A program made the translations under genes and the position numbers. DNA of 64,000 bases from Dehalococcoidia bacterium. GTDB taxonomy: Bacteria > Chloroflexota > Dehalococcoidia > Dehalococcoidales > UBA1222. The notes below the pieces were generated by a model. It was not told the origin of the DNA, made no database searches, and was given only the letters and a program-made list of their open reading frames with translations. The DNA lies in contig QZJY01000070.1 in the NCBI GenBank assembly GCA_003597995.1, positions 2,081-66,080 on the forward strand, written 5' to 3'. This document shows positions 17,216 through 25,624 of this stretch, in pieces. Positions within the stretch are counted from its first letter, which is position 1, and every line of letters begins with the position of its first letter.

Positions 17216-20200
17216 ATGGAAACGTCTGATCTGGAGTTCGCCACTAAATGTCTTGTTCCCAAAAAAGGGGAGCATGTCATTGTGCGGCGCCGTCTTATCG
17301 ATCTGTTGCACAGGAAGATCGACAAGCGGGTACAAACGCTGTCTGCTCCGGCGGGCTACGGTAAGACGACGCTGCTGATAGACTTTGCCGGAGAACTGGA
17401 AGCGCCGGTGTGCTGGTATTCGCTGGACGCTTCGGACCAGGACGCGTCCCTGCTGATTGAAGGCATCGTCCATTCCATCCGCCGCAGCTTTCCCGAATTC
17501 GGACAGGCCACACTCGGTCGCCTGGCAGCTTCCAGAGACGCCACCCAGGAGATACGAGCGCTGGCGGGGACACTCAGCGGCGAGATGTACGAGACTATTC
17601 CCGACTTCTTCGTGCTGGTGCTGGATGATTACCATAGCGTAGAAGACAGCCCCGCGGCCCGGGAAATGCTCAACCTGCTTATCGAACGGGCTCCGGAAAA
17701 CTGCCATATCGTGATGGCCAGCCGCACGCCGGTGAACCTGCCCGCGCTGCACAAGCTCAAACTGCAGGAGGCTGCATCCAGCCTTGCCACGGCAGACCTG
17801 GCCTTCGCTCCAGCCGAGATAAAAGACTTGCTTGGCAAACACCACGGGCTGAACCTCACAGAACAGGAGGCCGGCACGCTGGCCGAGGGGACTGAGGGCT
17901 GGATTGTCGGCATACTGCTGAGCAGCTACAGCCTGCGCAGCGGCAAACCCAGCGAAGAGGTATTCAGTCTGTCGCATGAAGACGTTTTCCGTTACCTGGG
18001 GGCGGAGGTATATCTCAAGCAGACTCCTGAAGTGCGGGAATTCCTTCTCGGTTCGAGTACGTTGGAAAGCATGAACCCGGCTAGTTGTGATGCCCTGCTG
18101 CAGCAGAAGGGTTCACACGCATTACTCAAAGATATAGAAAAGAGGAGTCTTTTCATCCAGTGCATAGACGACAAAAAGTCGTGCTTCCGCTATCATGCTT
18201 TATTCCGCGAGTTCCTGCAGAAGACGCTCCTTGTGGAAAACCGAGAACTGTTTACATCTCTCCACTCGCAGGCTGCCCTGTCCGCTGAAAAAGACTGCCG
18301 CTGGCAGGATGCCATCGGGCACTACCTGACGGCCGGCCTTTACACTCAAGCGCAGTTATTGATCGCCCGAGTGGGGCAGGAGTATCTGAAGTCCGGCAAG
18401 TGGAGCACGGTAGCCAAGTGGATAGAGGCGCTGCCGGAGAATGCGCGGGCGGACGACCATGACTTAGTGCTGCTTTATGCACAGAGCCTGATACACCTGG
18501 GAGAAAACGGCAGAGCGGCTCGGTTCTTGACGAAAGCACTGTCACAAACCTCGGACGATGCCGACTGGCTCTTCCGCTCGATGGCTTTTAGCTGGCGTTC
18601 GGCAGCCTTGCGCATCACCGGCCATTTCACCGAGGCCAGGAACGATATCGAACAGGCTATTGCCTTGCTTAATTCTCACAACGGCTCCCCGGACGCCCTG
18701 GGCGACGCTTACAGACGATTGGGTACTATAAGTGCGGAACAGGGAGAATTCCAAATCGCGCTGAACCAGTTCAACCGTGCCTTAGAACTTTTTTCATCCT
18801 TACTGGATGTGGGACAAATGGCTGATGTTCACAATTCAATAGGCGTATTGCACAAACGTCTCGGCCAGTTGAACCAGGCCTTTACCCATTTCGAACGAGC
18901 GCGCGAGGGCTGGCTGGAAACGAAGAACTACGGTGCGCTGGCCGTGACGCTGGTCAATGTGGGTTATGCCTATCAACGTTTCGGCCAGTACTCTCTGGCG
19001 CTGGATACCATGGAAGCCGGGATTGAAAAAGCACGCATGACGGGGTACCGCAGGGCCGAGGCCTGCCTTTTAATCGGCAAAGCAGAAATCCTGCGCGACT
19101 TCGACCGCTACGATGAAGCCCTGGATTCATATAACCAGAGTCTGGATATCGCGCGGGAGGTAATGGAGTCCTACTACGTCATATGTGCCAAGGCTGGGCT
19201 CGGTGAGACCTATCGCTTGCTGGGGGATACCGACAAGGCTGAAGTATTGCTAAAAGAGGCCGTATCGCAGGCTGATTCCCAGGGGCAGGGCTACGAGTCA
19301 GCCCTATTCACCACTCAACTTGGCGTCATCGAGTACGAGCGCGGCCACTATGCGGAAGCGAACAGCATTTTGAAAGGCGTGTGCTTAAAACTAGAAACCA
19401 TCGGCGATAAGGACGGCCTGGCCAAGGCCTGTTTCCATTTGGCCCAGGCCGCCTTCCTGGAGAAGAAGTACGCGGATGCGGTGTCGTATTTGAAACGAGC
19501 TTCAAGCCTGGCCGACGAGCTGGACTACGGCGCCTTCTTGGCTATAGAAGGAAGAAAGGCCGTCCTGCTTATGGAATACGCCGTGGCGGAAGGTATATCA
19601 GTTGAGCGCTTTACCCGCACCGTAGAGAAAATTAAACTGCACCGCCTTGAAATCGATCGACTCAGCCGCGCAGGTAGCCACGCAGGGGCGCCCAGGAAGC
19701 CGGAAATCGAAGCCCGGGCTCTGGGAGAGTCCGGCGTATCTCTTGACGGGCAGCCTATATCAGAGCCGCAGTGGCGCAGCGTGAGGGCCAAGGAGATACT
19801 TTTCTTCCTACTCTCGTCGGACGGGGCTCAAACCCGGGAAAATATCACCGCCGCTGTTTGGCCGGACCTTTCGCCGGCCAAGGCCGCCAGCAATTTCCAC
19901 ATAAACCTGTACCGTTTACGCCGGGCACTGCATCCGCGCATCATCACCATGGAACAGGGGCGTTACCTCATCAACCCCAATCTGGAAATCTGGTTCGACG
20001 CGCTCGAATTCGAAAAGCTGGTAAAGGCCTCGGACAATGCTGGTTTAAGCGACGCCGAGCTTGTTCCCAATCTGGAGAATGCCCTCTCGCTGTACAAGGG
20101 ACAGTTCCTGACCGATATCTACAGCGACTGGGCGGCGGAGAAACGCCAGGAGCTGGAAAACGGGTATGTCAAGGCCTTGATGCTGCTGGCGCGGCTTTCC

Positions 20201-20446
20201 AGTAACCGCGGCCAGCATTACCGGGCTGTCGGCCTCCTGGAAAAACTGCTAACGATTGAGCCTTACCAGGACGAGATATATTGCCACCTTATCGAGGAGC
20301 ACCTGGCAATGGGCAACGACCTGGCGGCTTCCGGCCTCTATAAACGCTATGTCGAGACGGTGGCGCGGGAAATGGACTGTGTGCCCTCCGCCCGCATGCG
20401 CGGTCTATACAAACGTATCCTGACCGGCGGTGTTAACAACAACTGA
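17216..20446 (+). CDS. Large transcriptional regulator: MalT-like STAND ATPase + TPR array + C-terminal SARP module (OmpR-type winged helix + BTAD)
   Basis: N-terminus SAPAGYGKTTLL, VLVLDDYH and TEGWIVGILLS (MalT-like). The middle has many TPR-like repeats. The C-terminus AAVWPDLSPAKAASNFHINLYRLRRAL followed by LSLYKGQFL...DWAAEKRQELE...PYQDEIYCHLIEEHLAMGN matches the SARP wHTH+BTAD pattern. Confidence 0.8.
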   Translation: METSDLEFATKCLVPKKGEHVIVRRRLIDLLHRKIDKRVQTLSAPAGYGKTTLLIDFAGELEAPVCWYSLDASDQDASLLIEGIVHSIRRSFPEFGQATLGRLAASRDATQEIRALAGTLSGEMYETIPDFFVLVLDDYHSVEDSPAAREMLNLLIERAPENCHIVMASRTPVNLPALHKLKLQEAASSLATADLAFAPAEIKDLLGKHHGLNLTEQEAGTLAEGTEGWIVGILLSSYSLRSGKPSEEVFSLSHEDVFRYLGAEVYLKQTPEVREFLLGSSTLESMNPASCDALLQQKGSHALLKDIEKRSLFIQCIDDKKSCFRYHALFREFLQKTLLVENRELFTSLHSQAALSAEKDCRWQDAIGHYLTAGLYTQAQLLIARVGQEYLKSGKWSTVAKWIEALPENARADDHDLVLLYAQSLIHLGENGRAARFLTKALSQTSDDADWLFRSMAFSWRSAALRITGHFTEARNDIEQAIALLNSHNGSPDALGDAYRRLGTISAEQGEFQIALNQFNRALELFSSLLDVGQMADVHNSIGVLHKRLGQLNQAFTHFERAREGWLETKNYGALAVTLVNVGYAYQRFGQYSLALDTMEAGIEKARMTGYRRAEACLLIGKAEILRDFDRYDEALDSYNQSLDIAREVMESYYVICAKAGLGETYRLLGDTDKAEVLLKEAVSQADSQGQGYESALFTTQLGVIEYERGHYAEANSILKGVCLKLETIGDKDGLAKACFHLAQAAFLEKKYADAVSYLKRASSLADELDYGAFLAIEGRKAVLLMEYAVAEGISVERFTRTVEKIKLHRLEIDRLSRAGSHAGAPRKPEIEARALGESGVSLDGQPISEPQWRSVRAKEILFFLLSSDGAQTRENITAAVWPDLSPAKAASNFHINLYRLRRALHPRIITMEQGRYLINPNLEIWFDALEFEKLVKASDNAGLSDAELVPNLENALSLYKGQFLTDIYSDWAAEKRQELENGYVKALMLLARLSSNRGQHYRAVGLLEKLLTIEPYQDEIYCHLIEEHLAMGNDLAASGLYKRYVETVAREMDCVPSARMRGLYKRILTGGVNNN

Positions 20447-20470
20447 AGTCCGGTTTCTACGCGGTTATGG

Positions 20471-20505
20471 AAGGGCATACTAATAAAAAGTATGCCCTTT
20501 TTACG
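20471..20505 (+). terminator. Rho-independent terminator of the regulator gene
   Basis: AAGGGCATACT / AGTATGCCCTT 11-bp stem, AATAAAA loop, then TTTACGTTT. Confidence 0.7.
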
Positions 20506-20537
20506 TTTGGTAAGAGTTTGGTAAGAGGTCGTATGTT
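20506..20537 (+). promoter_or_regulatory. Two perfect tandem 11-bp repeats (TTTGGTAAGAG x2) abutting a -10-like TATGTT: candidate SARP-activated promoter
   Basis: Repeats at 20506-20516 and 20517-20527, TATGTT at 20532-20537. The repeats occupy the -35 zone with a one-helical-turn period. Confidence 0.5.
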
Positions 20538-20588
20538 AGCATCTCCCCAACATCGGCGTACAGCCGGTGAAATTGGGAGGAGAACACA

Positions 20589-20735
20589 ATGTTAAACCGT
20601 TTATTCAGCGCCGCAATTCAGCACAGGAATACCCTTAAGCTGCTGCGCGTGGCCGCCGTCCTGGCCGTGCTTGCCGTCTCCCTGGCCGTTCCTTCTCTGG
20701 TAAGCGCTTCCGGGGCTGATGGATTTGGCCCGTAG
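20589..20735 (+). CDS. Unannotated 48-aa pre-peptide with Sec-type signal peptide (MLNRLFSAAIQHRNTLKLLRVAAVLAVLAVSLAVPSLVSA|SGADGFGP)
   Basis: GGGAGGAG RBS at 20575-20582, 6 nt before the ATG. Basic n-region, 14-residue hydrophobic core and a VSA cleavage-like site, leaving 8 C-terminal residues. Too short for the 60-aa ORF track. Confidence 0.5.
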   Translation: MLNRLFSAAIQHRNTLKLLRVAAVLAVLAVSLAVPSLVSASGADGFGP

Positions 20736-20913
20736 TCTCCGTTGCACCTTCAGGGAGGGGCCTTTGCACTGTTTGCTTGAACAAGGCTCCTCTCTCCTGT
20801 GTGGAACTCCAAGCGAGAAAGTCAACAAACCGAATAGAACCATCTTGTTTGTACAAATATGCTCTTGATGATGGGAATGCTTTTGATTAACTGGCAACGG
20901 ATGGGTGGCGAAC

Positions 20914-21186
20914 ATGACAGAGCGCGTTAAGTATGAAGTATTCGTTATTTGCCCCGATTGCGGCTATCGCAAGCACTACTTCAAAGACCAGAAGCGTTTC
21001 GATACAAAGTGCTGGGGATGCGGACGGCCTTTCGGCGGAGAAGACCTGCCGATGACGGCGCGCAACTACGAAACCAAACGTAAAGACGAGAGGGTGGAGT
21101 GGCTGCGGCGCAACTTCGAAACGGCCGACCGGCATAACCTGGGAGCGGATATCGGGATGGTGGTTATCAGCCACGCACTGCCGTGA
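20914..21186 (+). CDS. Small zinc-ribbon protein (about 90 aa)
   Basis: CPDCG...CWGCG motif. Start is either ATG 20914 or GTG 20905. Confidence 0.45.
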   Translation: MTERVKYEVFVICPDCGYRKHYFKDQKRFDTKCWGCGRPFGGEDLPMTARNYETKRKDERVEWLRRNFETADRHNLGADIGMVVISHALP

Positions 21187-21189
21187 CCC

Positions 21190-22944
21190 TCAGCACTCTT
21201 TTAGATATTTGACCACTAGCCCCGGGTCTATACGCATGGCCAGCGGCTGCCTGCGGCGGCTGCCGTCGCGGTAGATGGTGATACCCTTGAGCCCCAGTTC
21301 GTATGCCTGCATATAAATTGCGGCCACGTCCTGCGCGGTGGCGCTGTGAGGCAGATTGACCGTCTTGGAGACGGCGTTGTCCACGTTATGCTGGAAGGCA
21401 GCCTGCATGCGCACGTGCCAGTCGGCTTTTATCTCAGGCGCTGTGACGAAGAGGCGCTTCATCTCAGACGGGATGTTCTCCATGTCGTCCAGCCTGATTC
21501 CCTGCGCCAGTTTGCTCACCAGCTCGTCAGAGTAAAACCCGCGTTCTTTAGCCTCGCGGATGAAGTCCTGATTGACCTCCAGCAGGCTTTTGCCCTCCAT
21601 GATGCGCCGCATATAGACCAGCGCGAAAAGCGGCTCAATGCCATTGGAGCACCCGGCGATGAGGGATATGGTGCCGGTGGGGGCGATGGTGGTGCAGGAG
21701 GCGTTGCGCATAGTCGGACCGCCCGGCCGGTCGTAGACGCTGCCTTTGAAGGAGGGAAATACACCCCGCTCTTTCCCCAGCGCGGCTGAAGCGTTGTGGG
21801 CTTGTTTGTTGATGAATCCCATCACCTTTTCGGCCAGCGCCAGAGCGGCCTCGGAGTCGTAAGGGATGCCCAGTCGCACCAGCATGTCGGCGAAACCCAT
21901 CACGCCCAGGCCGATCTTGCGTGTCCTCAGAGTGGCGGCGGCTATCTGCGGGAGAGGATACGTATTGACGTCAATGACATCATTCAGGAACCTGACCGCG
22001 AGGCGGACAACCTCGTCCAGCTTCATATAATCTACTTCAGGTTTTTTCCCATCCTTGAGCATGCGCACCAGGTTGACCGAACCAAGATTGCAACTCTCAT
22101 AAGGGAGCAACATCTGCTCGCCGCAGCCGCTGACGCCCTCGATCTCGCCCAAGGCCGGCACCGGATTGCTCGCGTGAATGCGTTCAAGGAAAAGCATGCC
22201 AGGGTCGCCCGTTTTCCAGGTCTGGGCCACGATGTGCTCGAAAACGTCCCTGGCGTTGTGGGTGTCGACCGTCCTGCCAGTCGCGGGGTCGACGAGACGG
22301 TAGTTTTTGCCCGTCTTGACAGCCTCCATAAATTCCGATGTGACGCCGACAGAAAGATAGAAATTGGACAGTTCCCCAGAGCCGTTCTTGGCGCTAACGA
22401 AATCCAGGATGTCGGGGTGGTGCGCGTCCAGTATAGCGATGTTGCAGCCCTGCCGGATGCCGCCTTGTTTGACCGAGGCGGTGGTTGTGGAGAGGGGGGC
22501 GAGGAAAGACACCGGCCCGTCCTTATCTCCTTTTGCTCCAGAGCGGAGGCGCGAGAGATTGAACCCGGTGCCTCCCCCGCTCACTTGTACCAGTTTGGCC
22601 TCCTCAAGGCTCTTGTCGATTGAACGAAACGACTCCGACACAGGCAGCACGAAGCAGGAGGATAACTGCCCCGACAATCTCCCGGCATTGAGCAGAGTGG
22701 GTGAGTTGGGCAGAAACTCCAGGCGCGACATCAGGCCGTAGAAAGCATCTTCCCAGCGGGCTGTGTCGGCACCGCGGTCATATATCCGTTCTGCCTGAGC
22801 CACGGTAGCGGCCACACGCCTGAACATATCGGAGGGGCTTTCTATAACCCGGCCGTGGCCGTCATGTTTGAGGTAGCGTTTTTTAAGGATATAGAGCGCA
22901 TTCGGGGAGAGGTCTATAGTCCGGGTCGAGTTTGAGCTTTTCAT
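21190..22944 (-). CDS. nrdJ: Adenosylcobalamin-dependent (class II) ribonucleotide reductase
   Basis: LPNSPTLLNAG, SCFVL, GGGTGFNLSRLR and ITIYRDGSR motifs typical of NrdJ. 584 aa. Confidence 0.85.
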   Translation of the reverse strand: MKSSNSTRTIDLSPNALYILKKRYLKHDGHGRVIESPSDMFRRVAATVAQAERIYDRGADTARWEDAFYGLMSRLEFLPNSPTLLNAGRLSGQLSSCFVLPVSESFRSIDKSLEEAKLVQVSGGGTGFNLSRLRSGAKGDKDGPVSFLAPLSTTTASVKQGGIRQGCNIAILDAHHPDILDFVSAKNGSGELSNFYLSVGVTSEFMEAVKTGKNYRLVDPATGRTVDTHNARDVFEHIVAQTWKTGDPGMLFLERIHASNPVPALGEIEGVSGCGEQMLLPYESCNLGSVNLVRMLKDGKKPEVDYMKLDEVVRLAVRFLNDVIDVNTYPLPQIAAATLRTRKIGLGVMGFADMLVRLGIPYDSEAALALAEKVMGFINKQAHNASAALGKERGVFPSFKGSVYDRPGGPTMRNASCTTIAPTGTISLIAGCSNGIEPLFALVYMRRIMEGKSLLEVNQDFIREAKERGFYSDELVSKLAQGIRLDDMENIPSEMKRLFVTAPEIKADWHVRMQAAFQHNVDNAVSKTVNLPHSATAQDVAAIYMQAYELGLKGITIYRDGSRRRQPLAMRIDPGLVVKYLKEC

Positions 22945-23687
22945 CAGAACAGCCGCAATGGTTTTTCGCCGGTGCGCTTCATATCGAGCGTCAGGCAGGA
23001 TATTTTGTCGAGGTGCTTGCGAGCGAGCACAGCCGCCTCTTCGACCTCGGCGGCGGTGGCGGCGCGCCAGGGGTTGTCCCCCACTGGAAAATAGGCGTCG
23101 ATGCGCAGCGTGATACCGCGGTCGATGCCGGCGATAAATCTGGCGACGCGCTCAACCTCGCCAGCGTCTATAAGGCCCGGGATGAGGACTGTCTCGGCCT
23201 GTATTTTTTTGCCGGAGCGGGCGATTTTGGTGAAGTTTTCCAAAATGCGGGCGTTGTCCTGCCCGGTGTACTCCCTGTGGAGCGCGGACGTGATGGCCTT
23301 GATGCTGAAGATGACCTCGTCCACGTCGGTCATATCGGCCAGCTTGAGGCCGTTGGTGAGCATGACGTTGTACGAGTGAAACTCCTGATGCAGGGCTTTA
23401 GCCAGCGCCGGCATATCCGGGTCGAGGGCCGCCTCGGTGCCCATGAAGATGGCGCGGTCCACCGCACGCCCCTTGAGCAGTCTCATTACCTCATCGAGCG
23501 ACAGAAATCTCGTAGGCGGCTTCTGGGGTGACTTGCCGGCAATAGAGGCGATAGGGTCGTCGAAGAGGCCGAAATCCAGCGTCTCGTAATCCGTATAGCA
23601 GGCGCGGCAGGCCAGCGTGCATTTCGCCCAGAAATGGATATCTACGGACTTGAACGAGGGTTCGTAAACGACGTGATAGACCTTCAT
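22944..23687 (-). CDS. Radical SAM protein (activase-like), translationally coupled to nrdJ
   Basis: CTLACRAC is a CX3CX2C cluster near the N-terminus. Its TGA stop shares one nucleotide with the nrdJ ATG (TGATG at 22946..22942). Confidence 0.7.
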   Translation of the reverse strand: MKVYHVVYEPSFKSVDIHFWAKCTLACRACYTDYETLDFGLFDDPIASIAGKSPQKPPTRFLSLDEVMRLLKGRAVDRAIFMGTEAALDPDMPALAKALHQEFHSYNVMLTNGLKLADMTDVDEVIFSIKAITSALHREYTGQDNARILENFTKIARSGKKIQAETVLIPGLIDAGEVERVARFIAGIDRGITLRIDAYFPVGDNPWRAATAAEVEEAAVLARKHLDKISCLTLDMKRTGEKPLRLF

Positions 23688-23828
23688 AAGTTTTTAGCTG
23701 AAATGTTAGTTAGATGATACCTCAATCGTGGGTGTGGGTGCAAAAATCGGTCAAGAGATGGGCTCCTCGCAGGTATGAACATGGCGGTCGAAGGGCTTGG
23801 CTTGAAAATCCAGCGACGGGGTGCTCTG

Positions 23829-23852
23829 GATTCCGGCTTTTGCCGGAATGAC
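23829..23852. repeat. REP family A variant (GATTCCGGCTTTTGCCGGAATGAC)
   Basis: Palindrome with the family-A GATT...AATGAC ends. Abuts a family-B copy. Confidence 0.6.
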
Positions 23853-23862
23853 ATAATAATGA

Positions 23863-23887
23863 GGGCACGGCGCGCCGTGCCCCTACA
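23863..23887. repeat. REP family B variant (GGGCACGGCGCGCCGTGCCCCTACA)
   Basis: Palindrome followed by CCCCTACA. Confidence 0.75.
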
Positions 23888-23896
23888 CATCAGGTC

Positions 23897-24772
23897 TCAG
23901 CGTGGCCAGAATCTCCTGATTTTCCGCTTAGCCTGGATGGCAGGTTCGGTGTCGTGCCCGTGCTGGCATTCCAGCACCGCCGGACGCTTCTGGTCCTTGC
24001 CGATGACGATGCCGAAGGTCTCCAGCAGCGTTTCCGAGTTGAGCACTTGCTGCGGCGGGCCGAAGGCCACCACGCGGCGCGCCAGCAACATCACCTGCTG
24101 GCACAGTGAGGCTTCTTCCTGTATGTCGTGCGTGGCTACCATGATGGAGGCGCCGCGGTGTAGTTCGTCGTTCATGGCCTGCAGGTAAAGGTCCCTTCCC
24201 CCCGCGTCCAGTCCGGCGGTGGGCTCGTCCATCACCAGCAGGTCGGCCCTGTGCGCCAGCACCTGCGCCAGGTAAACGCGCTGCTGCTGACCGCCTGAGA
24301 GCGAACGCAGCGGCGTGTCGGCCAGCTTTTCCACGCCCATGGTGCGCATGGCTGCCATGGCGATTTCGTAGTCTTCATCATCCATGTTGCCTACCAGCCC
24401 GTGCAGCGGGAAACGCCCCATGCTCACCACGTCCACGGCGCGCAAAGGCAGTATAAAACCGGCATTGTGGAACTGTCCCAGGTAGGCGATGCGCCGGGCG
24501 TTGCCTCCCGGCCGCCCGCCGAAAATAGAGAGCTCGCCGTTCAGCGGCGGGAGCAGCCCGACAGTCGTCTTGAGCAGAGTGGACTTGCCGCTGCCGTTAG
24601 TGCCGATGAGCGCCATGGCCTGTCCACGGGGCAGCGTGAAGCTGATGCCTTCGACAACAGCTTCGCCGGGATAACCGACCGTCAGTTTTGCCGCACGGAC
24701 GAAAACGGGCAATGCGGCGGACGTCGCGGCATCGGGCTGCGAGCCGAAACCGGTGCGGATGGGGTCAGTCAT
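23897..24772 (-). CDS. Metal (Zn/Mn-type) ABC transporter ATP-binding protein
   Basis: Walker A GTNGSGKST, signature LSGGQQQR, Walker B LLVMDEP. The start was moved to M28 (ATG at 24772), which overlaps the permease stop (ATGACTGA). Confidence 0.8.
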   Translation of the reverse strand: MTDPIRTGFGSQPDAATSAALPVFVRAAKLTVGYPGEAVVEGISFTLPRGQAMALIGTNGSGKSTLLKTTVGLLPPLNGELSIFGGRPGGNARRIAYLGQFHNAGFILPLRAVDVVSMGRFPLHGLVGNMDDEDYEIAMAAMRTMGVEKLADTPLRSLSGGQQQRVYLAQVLAHRADLLVMDEPTAGLDAGGRDLYLQAMNDELHRGASIMVATHDIQEEASLCQQVMLLARRVVAFGPPQQVLNSETLLETFGIVIGKDQKRPAVLECQHGHDTEPAIQAKRKIRRFWPR

Positions 24773-25613
24773 GGCGGCCCCCGTTGGCGGCGTGCTGATG
24801 GTTGCGCACGTTCTGGATGATGAAAACAATGAAGAAAATGACTGTTGTAACAAGTATGATGGAGGCGCCCGTCGCCAGGTTTAAGTGATAGCTGAGCAGC
24901 AGCCCGATATAGACAGACAGCGCGCCGAAAAATGTAGCCCACGCCATCATGCCGCGTATACGCCGCGCCAGAAGAGCTCCCGCTCCAGCCGGTGCGATGA
25001 GTAAACCGAATACCAATAACGTTCCTACCGTCTGGAAGGAGACGATGATGGTGGCGGCGATCATGAAGAGCATGACGTTGTGATACAGCCTGGATGAGAA
25101 ACCGGCCACCTGCGCCTGCTCGGGGTCGAAGCTGAGCAGCAGGAAGGGGCGGGCGCAGACGAAGGCGGTCACTCCGATAACTGCCGTGGCCGCTACCTGT
25201 ATCCATATCGAAGAGATGCCGATGCCCATTATCTCGCCGAAAAGGATGCGCGTCAGATCGCCGCTGAAGGAACTGGAGCGCGATACGATGACCACGCCCA
25301 ATGATAACATCCCGATAAACAGCAGCCCGATGGCGGTGTCGGACGAAAGGCGCGAGCGCTGGGTAATGAGGGTAACGCCGCCTATCATGAAGACGGCCCC
25401 CACTGCCGCGCCCAGAATACCCGGTAAGCCCAGCAGGAAGGCCAGGGCGATGCCGGGCAGCACGCCGTGCGCCAGCGCGTCGCCGATGAAGGCCATGCCG
25501 CGCAGTATTACGAAGGTGCCGGCCACGGCGCAGGCGATAGACACCAGTATGCCGGCTATGAGCGCCTGCGTCATGAAGGCGTTAGAGGTAAATGGAGTTA
25601 TAAAAATATCCAT
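24765..25613 (-). CDS. Metal ABC transporter permease (ABC-3 / ZnuB-like)
   Basis: Highly hydrophobic 282-aa protein between the binding-protein and ATPase genes. Confidence 0.8.
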   Translation of the reverse strand: MDIFITPFTSNAFMTQALIAGILVSIACAVAGTFVILRGMAFIGDALAHGVLPGIALAFLLGLPGILGAAVGAVFMIGGVTLITQRSRLSSDTAIGLLFIGMLSLGVVIVSRSSSFSGDLTRILFGEIMGIGISSIWIQVAATAVIGVTAFVCARPFLLLSFDPEQAQVAGFSSRLYHNVMLFMIAATIIVSFQTVGTLLVFGLLIAPAGAGALLARRIRGMMAWATFFGALSVYIGLLLSYHLNLATGASIILVTTVIFFIVFIIQNVRNHQHAANGGRHD

Positions 25614-25624
25614 ACTCTGCCTGA

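Noticed and set aside
20736-20913. Spacer between the pre-peptide ORF and the zinc-ribbon gene: a direct TTGCAC repeat and a 23-codon ORF (MLLMMGMLLINWQRMGGEHDRAR).
   Set aside because: There is no RBS, and neither a convincing hairpin nor a convincing motif, so it was left unannotated.
23688-23896. Leader of the radical-SAM/nrdJ operon, considered as a cobalamin riboswitch or NrdR-box region.
   Set aside because: I saw no B12-box-like GCCACUG core and no NrdR-type palindromes. Most of the region is occupied by REP family A and B copies.
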